From contig JBKAGP010000001.1 in the NCBI GenBank assembly GCA_046290465.1, positions 2,208,001-2,272,000 on the forward strand: a stretch of 64,000 nucleotides of DNA. The letters are read 5' to 3'. Origin of the DNA: Planctomycetota bacterium. Its GTDB lineage: Bacteria; Planctomycetota; UBA1135; UBA2386. Below the pieces are notes generated by a model. It worked only from the letters and a program-made list of their open reading frames with translations, did no database searches and was not told where the DNA came from. The translations under genes and the position numbers were made by a program. Positions 39,304-49,147 of the stretch are shown in pieces. Within the stretch, counting starts at the first letter, position 1, and every line of letters starts with the position of its first letter.

Positions 39304-40700
39304 CGGCCGACCCGGCGCTGCCGCGGCCCGGCACGCGCGCGCTGGTGCACGGCCTCGGCCGCTTCGGTGGCGGCCGCGAGGCGACCCGCTTCCTGCACCG
39401 GCGCGGCTGCTCGGTGCGCGTCGCCGACGCCAGCGACTCCGCCGAACTGCGCGAGGTCGCCGCGGCGTTCGGCGACACCGACATCGACTGGCAGCTCGGC
39501 CGCGAGGACCTCGGGCTGCTCGACGACGTCGACCTGGTCGTCACCAGCCCGGCCGTGCCCGACCACAACCCGCTGCTGCAGGAGGCGCGCCGTCGCGGCC
39601 TGCCGACCACGCAGGAGTGCGAACTGTTCCTCGCCGCGTATCCGGGGCGGGTCGTCGGCGTCACCGGCACCAACGGCAAGTCGTCGACGTCGACGCTGCT
39701 GCACCGCGCGCTGCAGCGGGCCGGCGTCGACGCGCTGCTCGGCGGCAACATCGGCCACAGCCTGCTCGCCGACGAGGCCGACTGGCGCGCCGACCAGGTC
39801 GCGGTGCTCGAGATGTCGAGCTTCCAGCTCGAGCGGTTCGCACCACAGCGCCGCGTGCACGGCGCGGTGTTCACGCGCATCGGCAGCGACCACCTCGACC
39901 GCCACGGCACACTGCAGCGCTACCGCGAGGCCAAGGGCCGGCTGGCCCGGGCGGCCACCGCGTTCGTCGTGCACGGCGCCGACGATCCGGTCGCGACGGC
40001 CTACGCCACCGACGCAGAACGGCGCGGCTACTACGGTCGCGACATTACCGGCCCCGGCAGCGCCGGCACCGCGCGCGGCTATGTGCAGGTGCGCCCCGGC
40101 CGCGACGCCGCGCGCCCGGTCGTGCACCGCGACGCGCTGCACCTGCTCGGCGACTTCCAGCTCGAGAACGTGATGGCCGGCAGCCTCGCCGCGGCGTGGC
40201 TCGGTGCCGATCTCGGCGCGGTCGGCTTCGCGATGGCGACCGCGCAGCCGCTGCCGTTCCGCCTGCAGCTGCTGCACGTGCTCGACGGCGTGCAGATGTT
40301 CGACAACGCGGTCTCGACCGAGGTCGAGTCGACGCAGCAGGCGCTGGCCACGCTCGCGCGCACCGGCCAGCGCGTGCACTGGCTCGGCGGCGGCAAGAGC
40401 AAGGACGGCGACCACGGCAAGGTCGCGCGCGCGATCGCCCGCCACGCGGCCTCGGCGCACGTGTTCGGCGCCGCCGCCGAGCCGTTCGCGGACGCGATGC
40501 GCGACGCGATCCCGACCTGCTCGCACGCGACCCTCGCCGCCGCGCTGGCCTCGGCGATGCAGCACGCGCAGCCCGGGGACGCGGTCCTGTTCAGCCCGGC
40601 GTTCGCTTCGTTCGATCAGTACCCCAACTTCCGCGCGCGGGCCCTGGAGTTCCACGGCCTGCTGCGCGAACGGCGTGCGGCGAACGCCGCGAACGGCTAG
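39300..40700 (+). CDS. murD: UDP-N-acetylmuramoyl-L-alanine--D-glutamate ligase (divergent)
   Basis: GLGRFG, SPAVP, GVTGTNGKSST, GGNIG, LEMSSFQL, DHLDRH, SPAFASFDQY.NF..R. Confidence 0.9.
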   Translation: MTADPALPRPGTRALVHGLGRFGGGREATRFLHRRGCSVRVADASDSAELREVAAAFGDTDIDWQLGREDLGLLDDVDLVVTSPAVPDHNPLLQEARRRGLPTTQECELFLAAYPGRVVGVTGTNGKSSTSTLLHRALQRAGVDALLGGNIGHSLLADEADWRADQVAVLEMSSFQLERFAPQRRVHGAVFTRIGSDHLDRHGTLQRYREAKGRLARAATAFVVHGADDPVATAYATDAERRGYYGRDITGPGSAGTARGYVQVRPGRDAARPVVHRDALHLLGDFQLENVMAGSLAAAWLGADLGAVGFAMATAQPLPFRLQLLHVLDGVQMFDNAVSTEVESTQQALATLARTGQRVHWLGGGKSKDGDHGKVARAIARHAASAHVFGAAAEPFADAMRDAIPTCSHATLAAALASAMQHAQPGDAVLFSPAFASFDQYPNFRARALEFHGLLRERRAANAANG

Positions 40701-40712
40701 GGTTCGGGTAAC

Positions 40713-41249
40713 GTGACGGAGCACATGCAGTACTGCACCGCGTGCCAGAAGGCGATCGCGACCATCGTGGTCATGGACCTCACCGAGGGCTCGGTGAGCG
40801 GCAGCCAGCACGTCTGCGCGGCGTGCGCCGAGCAGCTCGGCGTGACCCCGCCGAAGCAGCCGAAGTTCTCGAGCGAGATGCTCGAGGACCTGCTCGGCGG
40901 CCTGAAGGAGCCCGGCGAGACCGAGCGCCGTTCGGCGCCGCGCGTCGAGTGCTGCCCCGGCTGCGGCATGGCGCCCGGCGATTTCCGCCAGAAGGGCCGC
41001 CTCGGCTGCCCGCGCTGCTACGAGGCCTTCCGGCACGAGCTGATGCCGCTGCTGCAGCGCATCCACGAGGCCCAGAGCCACACCGGCCGCCTGCCGTCGA
41101 CGATGGCCGACGCGCCGATCGAGCACGACGCGCCCGACCTCAGCCAGCTGCGCAAGAAGCTCGAGGACGCGGTGCGCGGCGAACGCTACGAAGAGGCCGC
41201 GCAGCTGCGCGACGAACTGCGCCGCGCCGAGCGCGGCGAGGTCCGCTGA
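40713..41249 (+). CDS. mcsA: McsA (UvrB/UvrC-motif Zn protein)
   Basis: Four CxxC pairs, GRLGCPRCY, ERYEEAAQLRDE UVR motif. Confidence 0.92.
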   Translation: MTEHMQYCTACQKAIATIVVMDLTEGSVSGSQHVCAACAEQLGVTPPKQPKFSSEMLEDLLGGLKEPGETERRSAPRVECCPGCGMAPGDFRQKGRLGCPRCYEAFRHELMPLLQRIHEAQSHTGRLPSTMADAPIEHDAPDLSQLRKKLEDAVRGERYEEAAQLRDELRRAERGEVR

Positions 41250-42337
41250 TGGTGCACAAGCGCAACCCGCGGGACCGCTCCGAGGACGGCCCGCCCGAGT
41301 TCCGCCCCGGAGCGTGGCTGCAGGGCACCGGCCCCAACAGCGACATCGCGATCTGCACGCGCGCGCGGCTGGCGCGCAACCTGCAGGGGTTCGCGTTCGC
41401 GCCGTGCCTCGAGGAAGAAGAGTCCGAACGGCTCTACGCCTACGTCGTCGATCGGCTGCAGCAGCCCGGCCTGCCCGAGAAGCTCAACGTCGTCGACCTC
41501 GACCCGGTCGAGGACCTCGAGCGTTCGATGCTGGTCGAGCGCCACCTGATCAGCCGCGAGCTCGCGTCGAGCGAACGCCACACCGGCGTCGCCGTCGACT
41601 ACGACGAGAGCGTCGCGATCATGATCAACGAGGAGGACCACGTGCGCGCGCAGGTGTTCGGGTCCGGCCTGCAGCCCGACGACGTCTGGCGCCGCATGGA
41701 ACGGCTCGACGACGCGCTGATGCAGCGCCTGCCGATGGCGTGGTCGGAGGAGTTCGGGTTCTTGACGTCGTGCCCGACCAACACCGGCACCGGCCTGCGC
41801 CTGTCGGTGATGCTGCACCTGCCCGGACTGGTCTGGTCCGAGGAGATCGACAAGGCGACCAACGTCGCGCAGAAGATCCACCTGGCCGTTCGCGGCCTCT
41901 ACGGCGAGGGCAGCCGCGCGCTCGGCGACTTCTACCAGGTCAGCAACCAGATCACGCTCGGCCGCGACGAGGCCCAGATCCGCGGCGACGTGATGCTGGC
42001 CGTCGGCCGCATCGTGCAGTGGGAGCAGGAGGTGCGCGAGGCGCTGCTGCGCGGCAGCGCGCGGCTGAAGACCCTCGACCGCGTGCACCGCGCGCTCGGC
42101 ACGCTCGAGCGCGCCCAGATCCTGACCAGCGAGGAGGCCCTCGGCTGCCTGTCGGCGCTGCGCTTCGGCGTGCACACCGGCCTCGTCGACGGCTTCGAGC
42201 CGCAGGCCGTCAACCAGGCGCTGCTGCTGTCGCAGCCGGCCCACCTGCAGCGCTACACGCGACAGACGCTGTCGCCCGAGGAGCGGGACCAGCGGCGGGC
42301 GCAGCTGCTGCGCGAACTGCTCGGCTGCGCGCCGTAG
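41249..42337 (+). CDS. mcsB: Protein arginine kinase
   Basis: RARLARN, LVERHLIS, MINEEDH, TSCPTNTGTGLR, RGLYGEGS, QVSNQITLG. Confidence 0.95.
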   Translation: MVHKRNPRDRSEDGPPEFRPGAWLQGTGPNSDIAICTRARLARNLQGFAFAPCLEEEESERLYAYVVDRLQQPGLPEKLNVVDLDPVEDLERSMLVERHLISRELASSERHTGVAVDYDESVAIMINEEDHVRAQVFGSGLQPDDVWRRMERLDDALMQRLPMAWSEEFGFLTSCPTNTGTGLRLSVMLHLPGLVWSEEIDKATNVAQKIHLAVRGLYGEGSRALGDFYQVSNQITLGRDEAQIRGDVMLAVGRIVQWEQEVREALLRGSARLKTLDRVHRALGTLERAQILTSEEALGCLSALRFGVHTGLVDGFEPQAVNQALLLSQPAHLQRYTRQTLSPEERDQRRAQLLRELLGCAP

Positions 42338-42558
42338 GCCGCTGGTCGAGGCCCTGCGAACCCGCGTAACCGCCGCTGCAAGCGGCAGGAACAACGATCA
42401 AGGCTCTGCCGTCGGAGCGTTGCAATCGTCGACACCCGGCGTCCCAGATTTTCGCCCAACTCCCATTGCGAACCTGGATCTCCAAGTCGAGTAAATCCTA
42501 TACCGCTGGCATCCGATCAGAGGATCGGTACAGCAGAGGCCACCGAGGGTTACACCGC

Positions 42559-45147
42559 ATGTTTGATCGCTTCACCGACCGCGCCAAGAAGGTCATGAGC
42601 TTCGCCCGCCAGGAGGCGATGAAGTTCAACCACGAGTACATCGGGACCGAGCACATCCTGCTCGGACTCGTCCAGGAAGGGAGCGGGGTCGCCGCGAACG
42701 TGTTGAAGAACATGTCGATCGACCTCGAGAAGATCCGCCACGAGGTCGAGAAGATCGTCAAGACGGGCCCCTCGATGGTGACCATGGGCCAGCTGCCCTT
42801 CACCCCGCGCGCCAAGAAGGTGCTCGAGCTGTCGCTCGAAGAGGCCTCGCAGCTCAGCCACAACTACATCGGGACCGAGCACCTGCTGCTCGGCCTGATC
42901 CGCGAGAACGAGGGCATCGCCGCGCAGGTGCTGATGAACCTCGGCGTCAAGCTCGACGAGGTCCGCGAAGAGGTGCTCGAGTTCCTCGGTGCCTCGGAGA
43001 ACGGCGACGACGACGGCGACGGCCCCGAGCAGGGCGGCGGCGGCGGCGGTTCGGGCGGTTCGGGATCGGGCTCGCCGTCGGGCAACACCAAGTCCAAGAC
43101 GCCGGCCCTCGACTCGTTCGGTCGCGACCTGACCGAGCACGCGCGCGACGCCAAGCTGGACCCGGTCATCGGCCGCGACCAGGAGATCGAGCGCGTCATC
43201 CAGATCCTGTCGCGCCGCACCAAGAACAACCCGGTGCTGCTCGGTGAGGCCGGCGTCGGCAAGACCGCGATCGTCGAAGGCCTGGCGCAGCACATCGTCA
43301 AGGGCACCGTGCCCGAGATCCTGCGCCGCAAGCGCCTGGTCGTGCTCGACCTCGCGATGATGGTCGCCGGCACCAAGTACCGCGGCCAGTTCGAGGAGCG
43401 CATCAAGGCGGTGATGACCGAGGTGCGCCGCGCCAAGGACGTCGTGCTGTTCATCGACGAACTGCACACGCTGGTCGGCGCCGGTGGCGCCGAGGGCGCG
43501 ATCGACGCCAGCAACGTGCTCAAGCCGGCGCTGTCGCGCGGCGAGGTGCAGTGCATCGGCGCGACCACGCTGGACGAGTACCGCAAGTACATCGAGAAGG
43601 ACGGCGCGCTCGAGCGTCGCTTCCAGACCGTCAACGTCGAGCCGCCGACGCCCGAGCAGACCATCGAGATCCTCAAGGGTCTGCGCGACAAGTACGAGGC
43701 CCACCACCGCGTCACCTACACCGACTCGGCGTTCGAGGCCGCGGTCGAGTTCTCGACGCGCTACATCACCGGCCGCTTCCTGCCGGACAAGGCGATCGAC
43801 GTGATCGACGAGGCCGGTGCGCGCGTGCGCATCAAGTCGATGACGGCTCCGCCGGACCTGCGCGAGATGGACGCCGAGGTCGCGCGCCTGAGCAAGGAGA
43901 AGGAAGAGGCCGTCGCCGGCCAGGACTTCGAGCGCGCCGCGGACCTGCGGGACCAGGCGTTCAAGCTCAGCAAGAAGAAGGAAGAGATCCAGCGCGAGTG
44001 GCGCGAGCGCGAGAACTCGCGCGAATCGGGCGGCAAGGTCGACGACGAGGTGATCGCCGAGACCGTCTCCAAGATGACGGGCATTCCGCTGCAGCGCCTG
44101 GACCAGGCCGAGGCGGAGCGCCTGCTCAACATGGAGAAGGAGCTGGGCAAGGACGTCATCAACCAGGATCCGGCCATCCAGGCGATCGCCAAGGCGGTGC
44201 GCCGCTCGCGCGCCGGCCTCAAGGACCCGAACCGCCCGATGGGTTCGTTCGTGTTCCTCGGCCCGTCGGGCGTCGGCAAGACCTGGCTGAGCAAGTGCCT
44301 GGCCAAGTTCATGTTCGGCAGCGAGGACGCGATCATCCAGATCGACATGTCCGAGTACATGGAGAAGTACAACGCCTCGCGACTCGTCGGCGCGCCCCCG
44401 GGCTACGTCGGCTACGAGGAAGGTGGCCAGCTGACCGAGAAGGTCCGCCGCCGCCCGTACTCGGTCGTGCTGCTCGACGAGATCGAGAAGGCGCACCCGG
44501 ACATCTTCAACATGCTGCTGCAGATCATGGAGGAAGGCCGCCTGACCGACTCGTTCGGCCGGCACATCGACTTCCGCAACGTGATCCTGATCCTGACGTC
44601 GAACATCGGCGCCAACCTGATCAAGAACAGCACCGGCCTCGGCTTCGGCAAGTCCGGCAAGGACCAGGGCCAGGACAAGATGCGCGAGATGATCATGGGT
44701 GAGGTGGAGCGCCACTTCCGCCCGGAGTTCATCAACCGCCTCGACGAGATCGTGATCTTCAACCAGCTCACCAAGGACGACATGCAGCGCATCGTCGAGA
44801 ACGAGCTGGTCAAGGTGAACGAGCGCATGAACGACAAGGGCCACGACCTGGTGATCAGCCAGCCGGTGATCGACTGGCTGATCCAGAAGTCGTTCCACGA
44901 GGACTTCGGTGCCCGCCCGCTGAAGCGCGGCATCGAGAAGCACCTCGAGGACCCGCTGTCGGAGAAGATCCTGCAGGGCTCGCTCGACACGCCGTACACG
45001 ATCACGGCGACGATGGCCGACGAGGACACCGTCACGTTCGAGATGGTCGAGCGCGAGGTCGAGCCGAAGGATGACGACGCCGCGTCGGCCACGGTCGGCG
45101 AAGGCGACGACGACAACGGCGACGACGCACCCAGCTCCGACTCCTGG
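42559..45147 (+). CDS. clpC: ATP-dependent Clp protease ATPase subunit ClpC; expected stop codon reads TGG, so the frame stays open to 46659
   Basis: MFDRFT, two Clp-N repeats, [16 protein letters not shown] middle domain, [13 protein letters not shown]; acidic tail then hairpin. Confidence 0.95.
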
Positions 45148-45184
45148 TCGGCCCCTGGACCACCGGCACTCGGGGACCACCGGC

Positions 45185-45223
45185 AACGCGGGCGGCGGCA
45201 GATTCCTGCCACCGCCCGCGTTT
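45185..45223 (+). terminator. Hairpin after clpC
   Basis: 17-bp stem aacgcgggcggcggcag/ctgccaccgcccgcgtt with one mismatch, 4-nt loop, short T run. Confidence 0.55.
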
Positions 45224-45241
45224 GCGTACCCCTGGTAGTGC

Positions 45242-46309
45242 GTGAAGGACGCCTACCTGATGCTCGCGCTCGCCGAGGGCTTCGACGAGTCGCCGTGTGC
45301 GGCCGTGCTGCAGCACGGCGTCGACCCGGTGCAGCTGCTGCTCGACCCGCCGCGACCGCCGGACGTGCCGCCCCGCGTCGCCGGTCGGCTACGGGCCACC
45401 GACCTCGCCCAGCAGGCCGCCGACGTGCGCGCCCGCTGCGGCGAGCTCGGCCTGCAGGTGCTGACGCCCGAGCATCCGGACTGGCCGATGCAGCTGTCCG
45501 AGCAGGCGATGCCACCGCTGGCGCTGTTCCTGCGTGGCGATCCGGCGGTGCTGCACCGGGATCCATCGGTCGCGGTGGTCGGCAGCCGCACCCCCACTCC
45601 CTACGGCCTCGACGCCGCCACCACGCTCAGCGCAGCGTTGACCCGGGCCGGGGTCGTGCTGTGGAGCGGACTGGCCCGCGGCGTCGACGCGGTCGCGCAC
45701 CGGACCTGCCTCGAGCACGGCGTGCCGACCGTGGCGGTGCTCGCCGGCGGCCTCGACCACGTCTATCCGGCCGAGCACGCCGAGCTGGCCGACCGCATCG
45801 CCAGCGACGGCGGCTGCCTGGTGAGCGAACTGCCGCCCGGCCGGCGGGCGCGACGCGGCCACTTCGTGCGGCGCAACCGCCTGCTCGGCACCGGCCCGGC
45901 CGCGGTGGTCGTCGCCGAGGGCAGCCTGACCTCCGGCACGCTGCACACCGCCCGGTTCGCGGCCGAGAACGGCAACGACGTGTTCTGCGTGCCGGGGCCC
46001 TGGCGCAGCGAGCGCAGCCAGGGCTGCCACCGGCTGATCGCCGAGGGCGCCTGCATCGTCGAGTCCCCCGAGTCGCTGCTGCTGGACCTCGGGCTGACCA
46101 CGCGCGACCCGGCCACGGCGCTGCGGCTGGCGCACGGCGCCGACGAGCAGGCGCTGCTGCTGGCCCTGCAGGCGGGCCCGCGTCCGACCGACCTGCTGCG
46201 CCGCGAGGCCGGCCTCGATCGCGTCCGGTTCGTGCGCGCGCTGGCGGCGCTGCAGAACAGCGGCTCGATCACGAGGCTCGACGGGGACCTGTGGCGGCAG
46301 GCACCGTAG
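45242..46309 (+). CDS. dprA: DNA-processing protein DprA
   Basis: VAVVGSR, SGLARGVDAVAH, VLAGGLD..YP, VSELPPG, FVRRNR, GTLHTA, GCHRLI.EGA. Confidence 0.93.
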   Translation: MKDAYLMLALAEGFDESPCAAVLQHGVDPVQLLLDPPRPPDVPPRVAGRLRATDLAQQAADVRARCGELGLQVLTPEHPDWPMQLSEQAMPPLALFLRGDPAVLHRDPSVAVVGSRTPTPYGLDAATTLSAALTRAGVVLWSGLARGVDAVAHRTCLEHGVPTVAVLAGGLDHVYPAEHAELADRIASDGGCLVSELPPGRRARRGHFVRRNRLLGTGPAAVVVAEGSLTSGTLHTARFAAENGNDVFCVPGPWRSERSQGCHRLIAEGACIVESPESLLLDLGLTTRDPATALRLAHGADEQALLLALQAGPRPTDLLRREAGLDRVRFVRALAALQNSGSITRLDGDLWRQAP

Positions 46310-46362
46310 GCAGGCCCCCCCCCAGGCAGGCCCCCCAGGCAGGACCCCCAGGCAGGAGCCCC
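46308..46362 (+). repeat. Intergenic degenerate tandem repeat AGGCAGG(N)CCCC x4
   Basis: Four AGGCAGG units separated by C runs of varying length. Confidence 0.75.
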
Positions 46363-46386
46363 GAGCAAGGCCCCTGGCGCAGCTCC

Positions 46387-46581
46387 TCAGAACCCGATGA
46401 ACAGCAGTTCGAGCACGGTCATGACGACCAGCAGCACGGCGGTCCAGACCAGCCAGCGAACGGTGCGCGCGACGGCCCCCTTGATGGTGTCGGCCGCCGT
46501 CTGGTGCTGCTGGGCGACCACGACGATCGCGATCAGGAACAGCACCGGCACGAACACCGCGATGCGGAAGAACAGTTCCAT
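46387..46581 (-). CDS. Small two-TM membrane protein
   Basis: MELFFRIAVFVPVLF..., two hydrophobic helices, TGATG coupling to the upstream gene. Confidence 0.75.
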   Translation of the reverse strand: MELFFRIAVFVPVLFLIAIVVVAQQHQTAADTIKGAVARTVRWLVWTAVLLVVMTVLELLFIGF

Positions 46582-47468
46582 CAGGCCGTCGCCTCCCCGT
46601 TCGGCGCGGTGCCGCCAGCGGCGGGCATCGGGAACACCGAACGTTCGGCGATCGTGTAGGCGTCGCACATGACGACCAGGTTCATCAGGCCGGCGACGGT
46701 GCACAGCACGATGCCCAGATCCAGGTCGATCGGCGTCTCGACGCTGCGCATCGGCCCGGTGACCAGCGCGGCGAACAGCGAGCCGCCGCCGAACAGGTTC
46801 TGGCCGATCCACCAGACGCCGTACTGCGCGCGATCGACCGCGTGGCCGCCGCTGAAGAACAGCCCCATCGCGAACACGGCCAGCACGGCGAGGCCCATCA
46901 GCATGCCCTTGTCCTTCTGGCCGGCCTTGGCGTGGCCCAGGCCGGGGACGAGCCACGACAGGCCGGCGCACAGCGCCGGGTTGGCGACCGGCCGCGGCAG
47001 CGCGCCGGCCTCGTCCTTCTTGCCGTCGCGGCGCAGCTTGAGCTCCCAGTGCCCGGCCGCCGCCCAGAACGCGGCGAGCATGCCCGACGCGGCGGTGACC
47101 CAGCCGGCGATGTGCTCCATGTCGCGCGGCAGCCGCTGCATGCGCAGGCCGGTCGCCGAGCCGTCGTAGGCCATCAGCGCACCCAGCACCTGCCCCGGCA
47201 GGTTGAGGATCTCGGGCAGCACCGGCAGGCCGAGCTGGGCGAAGTTGTCGAACGACGACTGGCCGTCCGGGACGCCGAGGCCCCAGTAGAACAGTCGTTC
47301 GCCGACCACCATCCAACCGACGAACAGCACCGCGGTGCAGCTCGCGAAGGCCGTCAGGGCCTGCTGCTTCTGGCCGAGCTGCCACTGCAGCAGGCCGGGC
47401 ACGAAGCCCATGATGAAGGCCGGCAGGCCGTTGCCCTTGGCAGGGTCGATGCGGTTCGAGTCAACCAT
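46581..47468 (-). CDS. Membrane protein with two DUF6677-like units
   Basis: GFVPGLLQWQLGQKQQA and SWLVPGLGHAKAGQKDKG; VAGLMNL...DAY. Confidence 0.7.
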   Translation of the reverse strand: MVDSNRIDPAKGNGLPAFIMGFVPGLLQWQLGQKQQALTAFASCTAVLFVGWMVVGERLFYWGLGVPDGQSSFDNFAQLGLPVLPEILNLPGQVLGALMAYDGSATGLRMQRLPRDMEHIAGWVTAASGMLAAFWAAAGHWELKLRRDGKKDEAGALPRPVANPALCAGLSWLVPGLGHAKAGQKDKGMLMGLAVLAVFAMGLFFSGGHAVDRAQYGVWWIGQNLFGGGSLFAALVTGPMRSVETPIDLDLGIVLCTVAGLMNLVVMCDAYTIAERSVFPMPAAGGTAPNGEATA

Positions 47469-47515
47469 CGCGCGAACAGGTTAGCGAGGGGCCGGCCCGT
47501 CCGCACCCGCAGTCG

Positions 47516-49105
47516 CTACTTCTCGGGCATGTCGACGACCCAGGCGCGCCAAACCTTCTCGAGTTCGTCGAGATCGATGCCGTCGAGGGTCTCCCGCAGC
47601 GCCTTCTTGCGGGCCTGGAATCCCGCGACCTGCTTGTTCTGCAGGGTCGGCTCGGCGCCGAACGGCTTCAGCTCCGCCCGGTAGGCCTTCTGCACCGCCG
47701 CGAAGTAGGTGTCCAGGATCTTGGACCAGCGTTCGTGCTGCTCGACCTCCTTGCTGTGCTTGAGGAAGTAGACGAACGCCCAGGCGCCGGCGTAGTAGTC
47801 GCCGATCCGCGAGCGGTTGTAGAACTGCGCCCGCTCGGCCTTCAGGATCTTGTCGAGCGGCAGCCAGCCCTTGCCCTCCGAGGCCATGCGCTTGGCACGC
47901 TCGATCCGCCACGGGCTCGGCTTGATGTGGCGCACGCGGCCGGTGTTGGTGTGCACGACCGCCCCCGAGAAGTAGTCGCCGTAGCCCTCGTTGAACCAGT
48001 CGTGCGGCGAGAACTCGCCGATCGCATAGAAGATGTACTGGTGGAAGGCCTCGTGCCGCAGCACCAGCATCGAGTCCTTGCTCGACAGCTTGCGGCCCCG
48101 CATCGCCTTCTTCTGCTCGGCGGTCAACGTGCGCTGCGTGTAGCTGTAGTCGAACAGCACCAGCTCCTCGTTGCCGGGGTGCCAGTAGCCACCGGTGTTC
48201 GGCGGGCCGCCGTACTGGTGGTACTCCTCCTTGGTCTGGCACAGCCGCAGCACGCTGACGCGGTCGACGTTGCCCGACGGCGGGAACAGCTCCATGTAGA
48301 ACGAGCGCATCGCCTCGATGTCGCGCGCGATGCGCTTGATCAGGCCCTTGTTCTTGGTGTGGTGGACGATCAGGTAGTTGTCGGTATCGACCGCCTTCCA
48401 GCCCTTGGCGAGACCGGCCCGGATCTTCTTGCGCCACTCGATGCCGCCGAGCTTGCTGCGTCGGTAGATCCGGTCGATGCGCTCGGAGACCATGCCCGAC
48501 GCGCCGTCACGCTCGTTGACCTCGATCGACCTGGCGATGCGGTCGACGATCTTGTCGAGCTTGTCGATGTGGCCGTCGATCGACCACGCGTAGACCCCGA
48601 CCACCTTGCTGCCGAAGCGCTTGCGGATCAGCCGGCCGCCGACCCGGTAGCGGCCGAAGTTGCGCTTGCTGACCAGCTCGAACTCGTCCTTCTCGCCGCT
48701 GACCGAGCGCAGGTCGAACGGCAGCCGCTTCTCGAACTCCTCCCACGACGACACCCGGCTGCGTGCCTCCATCGCCTCGCGCACCGTCGACGGCCCGCGC
48801 GCCTCACCGGCTTCGCCGCCGGCGGTCACCGGCGCCGTGCCGTCCTCGAACTGGAAGATTCGCAGCTCGGGCGCGATCGCCTTGACCACCCGCGGGTCGG
48901 TCTTCTTCAGCTCGCGCGGCGTCTTGTCGAGCACGAACTTGGCGACCAGCAGCTGCTCGGTCGGCGGCAGCGGGACCTCCTTGTACGAGGTCGAGTAGTA
49001 GAACGTCAGCGGCGCGAGCTTGTTCTCGTAGGTCTTGAAGCCCGGCGGCGCCTGCGCGATCGCGACCGACGAGAGCAGGAGAAGGGGCAGGGACCTGAGC
49101 GCCAT
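47516..49105 (-). CDS. Secreted DUF1570 / gluzincin-like metallopeptidase
   Basis: Signal AIA-Q; GGYW, HEAFHQ, WFNEG, YYAGAWAFVYFL. Confidence 0.82.
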   Translation of the reverse strand: MALRSLPLLLLSSVAIAQAPPGFKTYENKLAPLTFYYSTSYKEVPLPPTEQLLVAKFVLDKTPRELKKTDPRVVKAIAPELRIFQFEDGTAPVTAGGEAGEARGPSTVREAMEARSRVSSWEEFEKRLPFDLRSVSGEKDEFELVSKRNFGRYRVGGRLIRKRFGSKVVGVYAWSIDGHIDKLDKIVDRIARSIEVNERDGASGMVSERIDRIYRRSKLGGIEWRKKIRAGLAKGWKAVDTDNYLIVHHTKNKGLIKRIARDIEAMRSFYMELFPPSGNVDRVSVLRLCQTKEEYHQYGGPPNTGGYWHPGNEELVLFDYSYTQRTLTAEQKKAMRGRKLSSKDSMLVLRHEAFHQYIFYAIGEFSPHDWFNEGYGDYFSGAVVHTNTGRVRHIKPSPWRIERAKRMASEGKGWLPLDKILKAERAQFYNRSRIGDYYAGAWAFVYFLKHSKEVEQHERWSKILDTYFAAVQKAYRAELKPFGAEPTLQNKQVAGFQARKKALRETLDGIDLDELEKVWRAWVVDMPEK

Positions 49106-49147
49106 GCGCTCAGGATAGCCGTTCTGCGGCCGGCGTGCCCGCCCGGC

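Noticed and set aside
42466..46659. A genuine 1397-aa ClpC fusion protein
   Set aside because: The extension is low-complexity shadow sequence over dprA in another frame and follows a terminator-like hairpin
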